A stretch of 53,523 bases of DNA from a virus. Location: the IMG/VR virus record IMGVR_UViG_3300029825_000389, positions 1-53,523 of that record; one strand, 5' to 3'. The notes under the pieces are model-generated. The model saw nothing but the letters and a program-made list of their open reading frames with translations, was not told where the DNA came from and searched no databases. Of the stretch, positions 43,572 through 51,650 are shown piece by piece (within the stretch, counting starts at the first letter, position 1; every line of letters starts with the position of its first letter). Both the position numbers and the translations under genes were made by a program.

Positions 43572-44399
43572 CTATTTTGCTTCCATCTTGTCATGCAAAC
43601 TTTTAAGTCTTTCCATCCCGGGTAAATCAAAAATACTTGCACTGTCAGCTAATATATCTTTTTCTAATATATCTTTTAATACTGGAACTACAGATTCATA
43701 GTACCTAAATGTTTCAACTTCTTTGCTGGAATACTGGGACTTATCATGAAACAGTTTTCCATATTGTTCAGTTTTTAAATTGTGTTCATTTGCTATCCTG
43801 CCTACTTTATTAGCAGAGATACCTAACACCTTCCCTATCTCTCCAGCTGAATATGTTTTTTCTTCTGCAACTGGTAATGGTATTAATGGCTTGTCTGCTA
43901 TTATTTCACTTGCATAAGAGAAAAGTACCTGCTTATAATTGTTGCTTAGGCTAGGGTTATCTGCTATTTTAAAAAGTATGTTTGCTTCTCTTGCTTTTGC
44001 GTTTCTTAAGCGTGCCTCTGCAAGTTGTTGTTTAGATTCAGATGTTGGCAGTTGTTTTTTTGGTTTTTTTAAGGCTTGTTCCATTTGGTTAAATCTTTCA
44101 ATGTATTTTGCCGTAAATAAAATTCCTTTCTCTCCTGTAAACTTATTTGCTATAAATTCACAGCCCATTTTAGTAAATAGATAACATGAATTAGTTTTAC
44201 CACTTTTATCCTTATATGAAGATTTGATAAAATAATCACTGACACCCAATTGGGCTTTAGCTAATGTAGGAATAATTCCTACATGTGTTGAATCACCTTC
44301 AAGCTTTCTTATTAATTTTGAATGAGTTATTTCTCCCATTTCTGCAATCTCTCTACTGTCTAATGTCATTACTTTACTAGTTTTTACTAAGTTACTCAC
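43572..44399 (-). CDS. Rha-family phage regulatory protein / antirepressor
   Basis: N-terminus ...MTLDSREIAEM...HSKLIRK is typical of the Rha family. Lies in the early operon after cro. Confidence 0.65.
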   Translation of the reverse strand: MSNLVKTSKVMTLDSREIAEMGEITHSKLIRKLEGDSTHVGIIPTLAKAQLGVSDYFIKSSYKDKSGKTNSCYLFTKMGCEFIANKFTGEKGILFTAKYIERFNQMEQALKKPKKQLPTSESKQQLAEARLRNAKAREANILFKIADNPSLSNNYKQVLFSYASEIIADKPLIPLPVAEEKTYSAGEIGKVLGISANKVGRIANEHNLKTEQYGKLFHDKSQYSSKEVETFRYYESVVPVLKDILEKDILADSASIFDLPGMERLKSLHDKMEAK

Positions 44400-44496
44400 T
44401 TTCTTATCTTCCTTCCTTTCCTGAGCTACCCATTACTTATGAGTAGCTTTTTTCTTTTCTCTTTCTTTAATGTCTTTCAGGATTATCCTAAGTTGT

Positions 44497-44751
44497 TCAT
44501 TGGATAACTCTTTTGTTAGTTCTAATAACTTTTTTTTCATTTTGTTCATCTCCTTTTAAGCTTGAAAAAATTGCTTCTCCTAATTCCATTTCCGTACATT
44601 TATAAACCTCAATCATTTTTTTCAATACCCATTTTTTTGGGATTCTACCCTTATTTTCATATCTACATATAGATTGGAAGTTAACTCCAATTTCATTGGC
44701 CGCAGCCCTCAGACTTAAATTCTGTCTCCTCCTTAGTGCTTTAAAGTTCAT
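44497..44751 (-). CDS. Cro-like XRE-family HTH regulator
   Basis: LSLRAAANEIGVNFQSICRYENKGR HTH motif. Divergent from the CI-like gene. Confidence 0.7.
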   Translation of the reverse strand: MNFKALRRRQNLSLRAAANEIGVNFQSICRYENKGRIPKKWVLKKMIEVYKCTEMELGEAIFSSLKGDEQNEKKVIRTNKRVIQ

Positions 44752-44776
44752 TTTTTTTAACCTCCTTTCTTATTTA

Positions 44777-44929
44777 ATTTTATCTCCTTATTGGAGATTT
44801 TTCAAATATAAAAAAAGAGCTTATCTAACTATAAGGCCAAATAAACTCGCTATACCTAGCTATATCTTTGTAGTTCTCCATAATGGAGATATTTTAAAAC
44901 TTGATACTAGTCTCCAATTTGGGTATAAT
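44777..44929. promoter_or_regulatory. Lysis-lysogeny switch region: divergent promoters with TCTCC-N5-GGAGA operators
   Basis: O1 is atctccttattggagat (44782-98), inside the spacer of the minus promoter TTGAAA-17-TAAAAT. O2 is tctccataatggaga (44875-89). A half-site tctccaattt (44911-20) lies inside the plus promoter TTGATA (44901-06)-17-TATAAT (44924-29). Confidence 0.65.
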
Positions 44930-44954
44930 GAATATTGTTGGAGGTGATGATAAA

Positions 44955-45287
44955 TTGGAGCAACCAGAAATATTACTTAAATTAAGAAAAGAAAAAGAAC
45001 TTACATTAGAAAAACTTTCTGAAAAAACTGGATTGAGCAGAAATATGTTGTGGCATTTAGAAAAAGGAGATAGAACAGGAACAGTTGAAACACTTCAAAA
45101 ACTTTCTCAATTCTATGGGGTATCATTAGACTACATTACAAATAATGCCGAAAGAGCAGGATTAATTGATGAATTTATTAAAGGTCTTGTTAGAGACGGA
45201 ATATTAGAGAATGAAAACAATATTCCGTCTGATGTAGAAAAACAAATATTAAATTTAGTAAAATTAAAAATCAAAAATCTTACTTAA
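44955..45287 (+). CDS. CI-like XRE-family repressor
   Basis: LTLEKLSEKTGLSRNMLWHLEKG HTH motif. TTG start behind SD ggaggtgatg, downstream of the consensus promoter. Confidence 0.7.
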   Translation: MEQPEILLKLRKEKELTLEKLSEKTGLSRNMLWHLEKGDRTGTVETLQKLSQFYGVSLDYITNNAERAGLIDEFIKGLVRDGILENENNIPSDVEKQILNLVKLKIKNLT

Positions 45288-45444
45288 CTTTAAGGGAGGC
45301 TGAAATGTCTCTCTTTGTTTCTTTTAATAATATTTTTAATTTTTCAGTTGGAATTTTTGAAGTAATTTTATTTATTTTATCATTCATTTTTATTACCTTG
45401 TTATTTATTTCTTGTTTCTCTAATATTTCACTATTGGTCATCAT
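45280..45444 (-). CDS. 54-aa coiled-coil hypothetical protein
   Basis: SD gggggaaag followed by ATG on the purine-rich strand. It competes with the T-rich plus-strand ORF 45305..45490. Confidence 0.3.
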   Translation of the reverse strand: MMTNSEILEKQEINNKVIKMNDKINKITSKIPTEKLKILLKETKRDISASLKVK

Positions 45445-45659
45445 ATCTTTCCCCCTAGAAATTCTAATAAGTTATCTATATAAAAACTAACACGTGTTTG
45501 TTTGTTTTTGATTCACATATTTTTCACACAATTTATTATATAGTAGCACAAATAATATTCATAGGAGGAATACCGTTCGACTATTTATTCAATTTACCAT
45601 GTTTTTCTTGTTTAAATTTAGAATATTTTGTCGTAAAATGTAATATTGGGGTGATTTCC

Positions 45660-45899
45660 TTGCTAAAAAATATACGAAAAAAACTGGGAATGTCTCAAGA
45701 ACAATTTTCTCAAAGACTTGGCATAAGCCAAAGTTATCTAAGCAAACTAGAAAACAATTCTGTTTATAATCCAAACTATATAAGTATGCCCTTAATGAAT
45801 AAAATATGTGAAGAATTTATGATATGCCCGATATCAGTATTCCTACATTTTTATAAAAGACAATATTATTGTCCTTTTTGTTTTAAAAAGAAAAAATAA
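45660..45899 (+). CDS. XRE-family HTH protein with a Cys-rich tail
   Basis: LGMSQEQFSQRLGISQSYLSKLEN. Start reset to TTG 45660 behind SD ggggtga. Confidence 0.6.
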   Translation: MLKNIRKKLGMSQEQFSQRLGISQSYLSKLENNSVYNPNYISMPLMNKICEEFMICPISVFLHFYKRQYYCPFCFKKKK

Positions 45900-45969
45900 C
45901 TTGAATTACAACGATTATTTCTCCTACTATTATAGACTTGAACTTATATACTAGATTAGGAGGAAATAT

Positions 45970-46254
45970 ATGTTTGGGGATAGATTGAAAGAATTAAGGG
46001 AAGAAAAAAAGCTAACCCAGGAGCAGTTAGGTAAAATGATAAATGTTTCTAGACAATCTATTTCCGGTTACGAATCGCAGGATATTCAGCCTAGTTTAAG
46101 TAATTTGGTTAAACTAGCTGATATATTTGATGTGAGTCTAGATTACTTTCTTTGTAGGACAAAAGAAAAATATAATTTAAATTTAAAAAATAATGAGGAT
46201 AGAAACTTTATAATAGAGCTTGCTAAGATGATAGAAAAACATTATAAAAAATAA
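45970..46254 (+). CDS. XRE-family HTH regulator
   Basis: KLTQEQLGKMINVSRQSISGYES HTH motif. Confidence 0.75.
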   Translation: MFGDRLKELREEKKLTQEQLGKMINVSRQSISGYESQDIQPSLSNLVKLADIFDVSLDYFLCRTKEKYNLNLKNNEDRNFIIELAKMIEKHYKK

Positions 46255-46287
46255 TCCAATTTATTTATATTGGATTATTTTTTTTGA
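46250..46287 (+). terminator. Intrinsic terminator
   Basis: aataatccaat pairs with attggattatt, followed by a T-run. Confidence 0.7.
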
Positions 46288-46406
46288 GACTTGATATAAT
46301 ATAGAATGTTAACTTTACACTAGTTCTTCTTATCCCTTGTATCATTTTCTAGAGTGGTGCAGGGGATTTCCAATTCAATAAATTTCCATTACATATATAT
46401 GGTAAG

Positions 46407-46620
46407 TTGTATTTATTGGGTTGTATTTATTTGGGTGACCCCTCTGTCGTTTTTAATCTGATATAATTTTCGCATTAAAAGTAACTTAATTGTCGCATTA
46501 ACTAAATCAAGGCTTATTGTATTGTATTGATATGTAAAATATGTTAAATATTTATATAAATATCGTTAAATAAATCCAATGAAATTGTATTGAATTTGAA
46601 TTACAAATTTATACAACTAA
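46407..46620. repeat. TTGTATT(T) iterons in AT-rich DNA downstream of the Rep-like gene; candidate plasmid-type origin
   Basis: Tandem gttgtatttattggg / ttgtatttatttggg (46407-46435), attgtattgtattga (about 46516) and attgtattgaatttgaatt (about 46585). Confidence 0.4.
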
Positions 46621-46639
46621 AAAAAGGCGACTCTAATAA

Positions 46640-46750
46640 GCCACCTTAATGTATTTTTTCAAAATTTTTAGTTTACAATATAAATATTGGTTTTCGTATT
46701 TTTTATATTAGTCCTTTAGATATCTTAACATGATATCTTGAGGCCTTTTA
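46640..46750 (+). repeat. Unit 1 of a paralogous non-coding pair (small-RNA-like; ends in a hairpin at 46712-46748)
   Basis: Aligns by eye with 47533-47668 through shared blocks ccttaatgtatttt, aaattttt, aatataaata, tagtcct and atatctta. Confidence 0.5.
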
Positions 46751-46752
46751 AT

Positions 46753-47199
46753 TTATTCTTTTAGCTTTTCTGAATCATAATCCATGTTGCCAAGAAGCAT
46801 ATCTTCTAAATTATTAAAATTATACTTTCTTTGAGTGAAATTATTAAAGGTATTTGATTTAGATTTGGAGTAATTCTTTTTTACTTCATCTATTGTATTT
46901 TTTATTTTATCTACTTCTTTGGGTGTATTCTTTAGAACTACTTTTTTCAGGATATAGTATATATTACTTATAGAACCCCTGCGCTTAACTTTAATTAGCC
47001 CAGCTTGTACTAGCTCTTTTATAGCTCTTTGCACGGTTCTAACACTGACATGGAGTTGTTCTGATATGTATTTTTGACTTGGGAAACAACAGTCTTTGTC
47101 TCCAAAACACATAGAATTTAAGAAACTGAACATTCTATATGCTGTATTTTTTATATTTGATGTTATTATACTATTTTGTATTGATGTAAAATTTTCCAT
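46753..47199 (-). CDS. Winged-helix DNA-binding protein, replication-initiator-like (DnaD/Rep N-terminal style)
   Basis: ...FPSQKYISEQLHVSVRTVQRAIKELVQAGLIKVKRRG... is typical of Firmicutes plasmid/phage initiator HTH domains. Flanked by iterons and small-RNA-like units. Confidence 0.5.
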   Translation of the reverse strand: MENFTSIQNSIITSNIKNTAYRMFSFLNSMCFGDKDCCFPSQKYISEQLHVSVRTVQRAIKELVQAGLIKVKRRGSISNIYYILKKVVLKNTPKEVDKIKNTIDEVKKNYSKSKSNTFNNFTQRKYNFNNLEDMLLGNMDYDSEKLKE

Positions 47200-47272
47200 T
47201 TAAAAATACTCCCCTCATCCTAAAAAAGCAATCAAGGAGGCTAAATTTTGTTTTTTTATGTTGTCATAGATG

Positions 47273-47301
47273 TTGACTATAATTAAATATTATACTATAA
47301 T
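47273..47301 (+). promoter_or_regulatory. Consensus sigma-A promoter TTGACT-17-TATAAT
   Basis: -35 at 47273-78 and -10 at 47296-301. It overlaps a divergent minus-strand promoter (TTGTTT-16-TATAAT, -10 at plus 47289-94) that would serve the Rep-like gene. Confidence 0.6.
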
Positions 47302-47307
47302 AACCCT

Positions 47308-47408
47308 ATGAAACAAAAAAAACAAAGTAGCGTTTAGCTTCTTGGTAACCGTAAAATCTTAGCCTGAGAAACTTTGGATTTTACGGTTTCTTGCTTTTTT
47401 GTTTTTTT
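47308..47408 (+). ncRNA. Predicted small RNA of about 100 nt (consensus promoter to intrinsic terminator)
   Basis: A 12-bp stem aaccgtaaaatc/gattttacggtt (47347-58 with 47386-97) sits inside a longer A/T stem and is followed by cttgcttttttgttttttt. No ORF is present. Confidence 0.5.
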
Positions 47409-47532
47409 ATATATTTAATCTCGAATTAATTTCATGTTTATGTAATTAATGTTATATCAAATTAGAATATTTTGCAATAAAAAGTTTAGAATATTTCGTA
47501 CTATAGAATACATAATTTCACAAAGTCTCCTT

Positions 47533-47668
47533 AAGTCTCCTTAATGTATTTTGGTGAAATTTTTGGCATATAATATAAATACAACGTACTTGCATTGTAT
47601 TTATTCTAATCTTCATATTTTTCGTAATAGTCCTGAAAATATCTTATCACTATATTTTCAGGACTATT
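47533..47668 (+). repeat. Unit 2 of the paralogous non-coding pair; ends in a perfect 15-bp hairpin
   Basis: tagtcctgaaaatat pairs with atattttcaggacta (47627-47665). A TATAAT lies at 47569-74. Confidence 0.5.
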
Positions 47669-47816
47669 TATTAATTGAAAGTTTTTCAGGTATACATACA
47701 AAATACATAATTTTCTTTTAAGATATATTTTATATAAATAAATCCTTCACAAAATCCTTTTAATAAAAAATATAGAAAGAGGGCATGATTCCTAACCCGT
47801 CATGCTCTCTTTTCAT

Positions 47817-48083
47817 TCATACTGGTCTGCGCTTTAATACAGCAATGTCGACTTCATGCCTTCCTAGCATTTCTTTCATTACATCTATGTTTTCATCTAT
47901 ATTTTTTAAATGACCTTCTATGTGAGCAATATCATTATTCATTTTGTCATGCTCAGCTTTATTTACTTCTGAGCTATGTTCCAATGCCTTTAATATTTCA
48001 GTATTTTCCTGAAGCTGTGATTTTATAGGTTCAAGTTTTGCATCTAATAGATCTGCTATAGCTTTTAAATCTTCGGTATTCAT
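47817..48083 (-). CDS. Coiled-coil hypothetical protein
   Basis: ORF with an SD, downstream of the par genes. Confidence 0.5.
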   Translation of the reverse strand: MNTEDLKAIADLLDAKLEPIKSQLQENTEILKALEHSSEVNKAEHDKMNNDIAHIEGHLKNIDENIDVMKEMLGRHEVDIAVLKRRPV

Positions 48084-48170
48084 TTTTTCACCTTCTTAAA
48101 AAAAGTATAGTTTATTATAACACATTCTTCTGCGTTTAGTAATTAATTAGTAAACTATTTTCTTTTTAGT

Positions 48171-48482
48171 TTAATCATCATCAATGTCTATATCATCAGA
48201 GAGATCTTCCAAGTCAATATTTTCATTAATTTCCTTCTTGGAAATATCTAAATTGTTATCAAGCAATAGTGTAGTTACTCTTTCATCCACAATTTTTTCT
48301 ATCTCTTCTTTGGTAACAATTTTATTTATATTATCTTTACTCTTTTCATAAAACCGAATGGCTTCACATACATAATCGTTTTGGTTGAATGTTTCATCAC
48401 ATTTTTTCTCGTTCAATATTTTTAAAACATCTAAATTCTTTTTAGAGAAGGAAATACTGATTGCATCATACCCAGTAGCCAT
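48171..48482 (-). CDS. parR: ParR-like centromere-binding adaptor (acidic tail)
   Basis: Small gene immediately after the parM-like gene. The N-terminus has an RHH-like strand (ISISFSKKNLDVLK) and the tail is acidic (DLSDDIDIDDD). Confidence 0.45.
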   Translation of the reverse strand: MATGYDAISISFSKKNLDVLKILNEKKCDETFNQNDYVCEAIRFYEKSKDNINKIVTKEEIEKIVDERVTTLLLDNNLDISKKEINENIDLEDLSDDIDIDDD

Positions 48483-48484
48483 AA

Positions 48485-49474
48485 TTATCCCTCTTTTTTC
48501 ATCTTTGTATATTTAGCAAAAGCTACTTTATATAATCCCTCTGCTGTAGACCATTGCGAATTTGCAGGGATATAAGCGTTAGGGACTTTTTTTAATAGAA
48601 TATCTTTTAGTTTAATAGTAGTTCCCCCAACAAATACAGGTGAGTCTACTTCGTCTATATGAATATTGTGTCTTGCAATTACATCAAGAGCGTGACTTAC
48701 AAACTTTTCCTTACCATATTTTACAGCTTCGATAGTTTCGGGGATAGGGCTACTATTTTTAGTCATATATCCAACGTCTAAGGCATTTTCGGCTTGTTCA
48801 ACACTTACTATATTGCCATTTTTACATTTAATCAATTCAGTTCTTATGAATTCAGTTAGTGCATCAGATCCAAGCTCTTCAGGAAACCTGTCAGAGGGTT
48901 TACAAACTTTATTTCTATATAAAGCTAAGCCCATATTTAAGCCTCCAAAGTCAGTAACTAGCACTGTTTTATTTTTAAATCTTTCAGGTTCGGTATAAAC
49001 TAAGCCAGATCCTTCGGCTTTTATAGTTATAGCTTCTATTTCAAAATTATAATTTTTTTCATTTACAATAATATTTATTGGACCATCATTTTTTATAAAA
49101 TCTTTGTATTGTTCCTTAGCTGTTTCAACTTTTAGCACGCTTATAGGGCAAGCAAGAGTTAAATATATTTTATTATTTTCAGTGTCTGGTGTTAAAAATT
49201 GAGTAATAGCAGTATATGCTGCTAATTTATGCAATAAATTTGTCTTAGACGTTTCATAGGATTTAGTTTCTCCTTGATCGCCTATAATGTAATTATTTTT
49301 ATCATAAGAGATTTTATAAGAATTTCCTTCTAGATCAACATATCCATTTTTTAAATCATATAACTTTGTTTTAAAGTGTACTCTCCTTATACTTTCAGTG
49401 GTGTCGGATGCGCATCTTCCAATAGCCTTTGTTTCATACTTGCCAACATCTAATGAAATTATATAATCGTTCAT
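48485..49474 (-). CDS. parM: ParM/StbA-like actin-fold partition ATPase
   Basis: N-terminal phosphate-1 motif SLDVGKYETK, then DFGGLN and VGGT motifs. Upstream iteron centromere. Confidence 0.65.
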   Translation of the reverse strand: MNDYIISLDVGKYETKAIGRCASDTTESIRRVHFKTKLYDLKNGYVDLEGNSYKISYDKNNYIIGDQGETKSYETSKTNLLHKLAAYTAITQFLTPDTENNKIYLTLACPISVLKVETAKEQYKDFIKNDGPINIIVNEKNYNFEIEAITIKAEGSGLVYTEPERFKNKTVLVTDFGGLNMGLALYRNKVCKPSDRFPEELGSDALTEFIRTELIKCKNGNIVSVEQAENALDVGYMTKNSSPIPETIEAVKYGKEKFVSHALDVIARHNIHIDEVDSPVFVGGTTIKLKDILLKKVPNAYIPANSQWSTAEGLYKVAFAKYTKMKKEG

Positions 49475-49497
49475 ATGTTACCCTCCATTTTTTATTC

Positions 49498-49594
49498 TTT
49501 ATATAAAGTTTATATAAGTTTTATATAAATGTCAATACTTTTATGAAAAATTATCCAATTATTTATATAAAGTTTATATAAGTTTTATATAAAT
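49498..49594. repeat. parC-like centromere: two 33-bp units, each made of three TTTATATAA(A)G sub-repeats
   Basis: tttatataaagtttatataagttttatataaat occurs at 49498-49530 and again at 49562-49594, directly upstream of the parM-like gene. Confidence 0.7.
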
Positions 49595-49691
49595 ATGTAG
49601 TATATAATAATAAAATTCCACATATATACATAAATTCCTTTAATTTTATATAGAAATAGGAGGAATTTTATAAATAAAGATAGAATTTATA

Positions 49692-49709
49692 TTGTGACAA
49701 CTGTCACAA
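49692..49709. promoter_or_regulatory. Perfect inverted repeat TTGTGACA-AC-TGTCACAA (operator-like)
   Basis: Lies just before the SD of 49724..50308. A further tgtcacaaa copy lies near 50015. Confidence 0.5.
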
Positions 49710-49723
49710 AGGAGGATTTTAAA

Positions 49724-50308
49724 ATGGATAGGAAACAATTTGATAGTTTAAGCATAGATAAACAAATAGAATATATTAATGAAGAACTTAAAAACAGTTC
49801 TTCATTAACTAAAATATGCACTGAAATAGGAATAGATAGAAGTACTATAAGAAAAAGAGCTAAAAAAGTAGGACAAGAATATGACGGTTGTACCAATCAA
49901 TATATAAGTGACAATAGTAAGACATCTGTAACATATGATGAAAGTAAGGCAAATACAATAAATGATATTTGTCAGACAATAGTCCCAAAAGATATCATTA
50001 AAGAAGAGACACTTGTCACAAACAAAGAAGTATTAAAAAATTTATTAAATTTATCTGATAAGTATGATAAGATTATGGAAGTAGTTTCATGGTTTGAGAG
50101 TGACGTAAACAAGACAAATGTCATAGAAGTTAGAGAAGGGATTAAGATAGATTTACCAGAAGAAATAGATCTAGGATTTAGAAAAACAATTAGAATAAAT
50201 AGTGTCGTCTGGCATAAGTTCGCAGAGTTTTGTAAAAAACATAAAGAGTTTAAAGAAAAAGACCTGATTAGTCAGGCCTTACTGGAATACATAAAAAAAT
50301 ATAGTTAA
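49724..50308 (+). CDS. DNA-binding protein with an N-terminal HTH and a C-terminal RHH-like segment
   Basis: SLTKICTEIGIDRSTIRKRAKKVG and IRINSVVWHKFAEFCKKHKEFKEKDLISQALLEYI. Start reset to ATG 49724 behind SD aaggagga. Confidence 0.55.
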   Translation: MDRKQFDSLSIDKQIEYINEELKNSSSLTKICTEIGIDRSTIRKRAKKVGQEYDGCTNQYISDNSKTSVTYDESKANTINDICQTIVPKDIIKEETLVTNKEVLKNLLNLSDKYDKIMEVVSWFESDVNKTNVIEVREGIKIDLPEEIDLGFRKTIRINSVVWHKFAEFCKKHKEFKEKDLISQALLEYIKKYS

Positions 50309-51225
50309 AAATAATTTTTTACCACCACATCAAGCCTGCTGTGGCCAAGGTTCTCGGATGTTATTCTGAGAGCCTTTTTATTATACCTTCGACCTGATCC
50401 ATCTCTGCATATATAGTCAAGGTTTTTTTCTTCTAATCCTTGAAGGGCTTCAATATATTTATGCTGTGCATAATATCTTCTGCAACTATGAACATCCATG
50501 GCATGATGTATTTTTTTAAATACAGTAGCTTGTCCTGCCTTCTCTGCCTTTTCCTTGGCTTTAAGAATAATATTATATGTGCCATGTAAAGGATGTATGA
50601 ACCTCCCGCGGCCGTTCTTAGTCATAACGCGGTATTCCTTCTTAGATTTAAAATCTAAGATCACATTTCCTTTTATATCTTTTTTTATCTGTTCTGGTTT
50701 AATTTGAGCTGTTTCACTTCTTCTCAATCCTGTAGCGTCGCAAAAATCCATTAAATCTTTATTATTTTCCTTAGAAAAATGCTTGTCATATGATACTTCA
50801 TTTCGACTTCTTTTAATTTTAGGTCTATCATTCCTTTTACTGGGCAATTTTATTCCAAAGTCATAAGTATGACAGTACATTATTTTAGCTAATGAAGCTG
50901 CTTTAAGACGTATAGTGTATCCACTTTCTCCTTTGTCTATGCTCTCTTTTAGCCATTCTCCTATATGTTCATTGGGTATATTAGTAAGTATTTTAAATTC
51001 TTTTTCAGGGTGTTTTTTTCTTTCCCATGTAGCAAAATTTAAAGCGTGTTTTTTATAGTTATCACATGTACTTTTACTATAAATGCCTGGAGCTCTTAGA
51101 GAATTTTCTTTTATTCCTAATAATAAATCCATTTCCTTTTGCTCCTTTTGAGCCTGTTTTTTTGATTGGCCAAAATTTTTTAATGAATCTATCCTTTTAA
51201 GAATTTGAAATTTTAAACTAGCCAT
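50305..51225 (-). CDS. Tyrosine recombinase / integrase-family protein
   Basis: GLRRSE (Arg), HSCRRYY (HxxR) and LGHSRLDVVVKNY (His...Tyr). Confidence 0.6.
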   Translation of the reverse strand: MASLKFQILKRIDSLKNFGQSKKQAQKEQKEMDLLLGIKENSLRAPGIYSKSTCDNYKKHALNFATWERKKHPEKEFKILTNIPNEHIGEWLKESIDKGESGYTIRLKAASLAKIMYCHTYDFGIKLPSKRNDRPKIKRSRNEVSYDKHFSKENNKDLMDFCDATGLRRSETAQIKPEQIKKDIKGNVILDFKSKKEYRVMTKNGRGRFIHPLHGTYNIILKAKEKAEKAGQATVFKKIHHAMDVHSCRRYYAQHKYIEALQGLEEKNLDYICRDGSGRRYNKKALRITSENLGHSRLDVVVKNYF

Positions 51226-51530
51226 TATACCAACCTCCTAAAATGAATTGCTTGTAGAGACCAGACCCCTTTATACTCATTTACATTTTTTATGTAAAGA
51301 GTTGCAGTATTCAGGGTACCTTTCTCAAGAGTATCCATCTGCAATAAAATTTGACTTAGGTTATTGGTATAGATCCGTATCAAGTTTTCACTTCTCTGTG
51401 CCTAAGTACCAACATACCATATCTAATATTCAAGTTTATCTATGTGAACGGTGATATAAAAAAGTCTTGTACTAAGCAGTGTGCGTACAAGTCCACCCCA
51501 TCACCGGGATTCTGTTTTAAAATTTGGGTT

Positions 51531-51576
51531 ACTGCGGTTTACTCCCACATTTTTTCATGCGGGAGTAAACCGCAGT
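51531..51576. other. Perfect 16-bp inverted repeat (GC-containing) of unknown role
   Basis: actgcggtttactccc pairs with gggagtaaaccgcagt across a 14-nt loop. Confidence 0.6.
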
Positions 51577-51606
51577 TTTATGTCTAAAGTATTGTGTGAT
51601 TTTGAA

Positions 51607-51645
51607 ATACGGACTACATATTTGCAATTGTTATGTAGTCCGTAT
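51607..51645 (-). terminator. Hairpin terminator after the Xer-like recombinase gene
   Basis: atacggactacata pairs with tatgtagtccgtat, a 14-bp stem, 6 nt from the stop codon. Confidence 0.6.
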
Positions 51646-51650
51646 AAAAA

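Noticed and set aside
45305-45490. 61-aa very hydrophobic plus-strand ORF with a good SD (agggagg), right after the CI-like gene
   Set aside because: It is fully antisense to a purine-rich 54-aa ORF (45280..45444), and its composition is typical of a shadow frame. It is not excluded as a small membrane peptide, since the SD is real, but I cannot support it from sequence alone.
49498-49594. CRISPR array
   Set aside because: There are only two 33-bp units, made of AT-only sub-repeats, upstream of a parM-like gene. There are no spacers of regular size and no cas genes. A centromere-like iteron site fits better. No CRISPR array was seen anywhere in the window.
51248-51454. 68-aa plus-strand ORF between the recombinase genes
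   Set aside because: It has no SD, an odd composition and lies in a region that looks like structured non-coding DNA.
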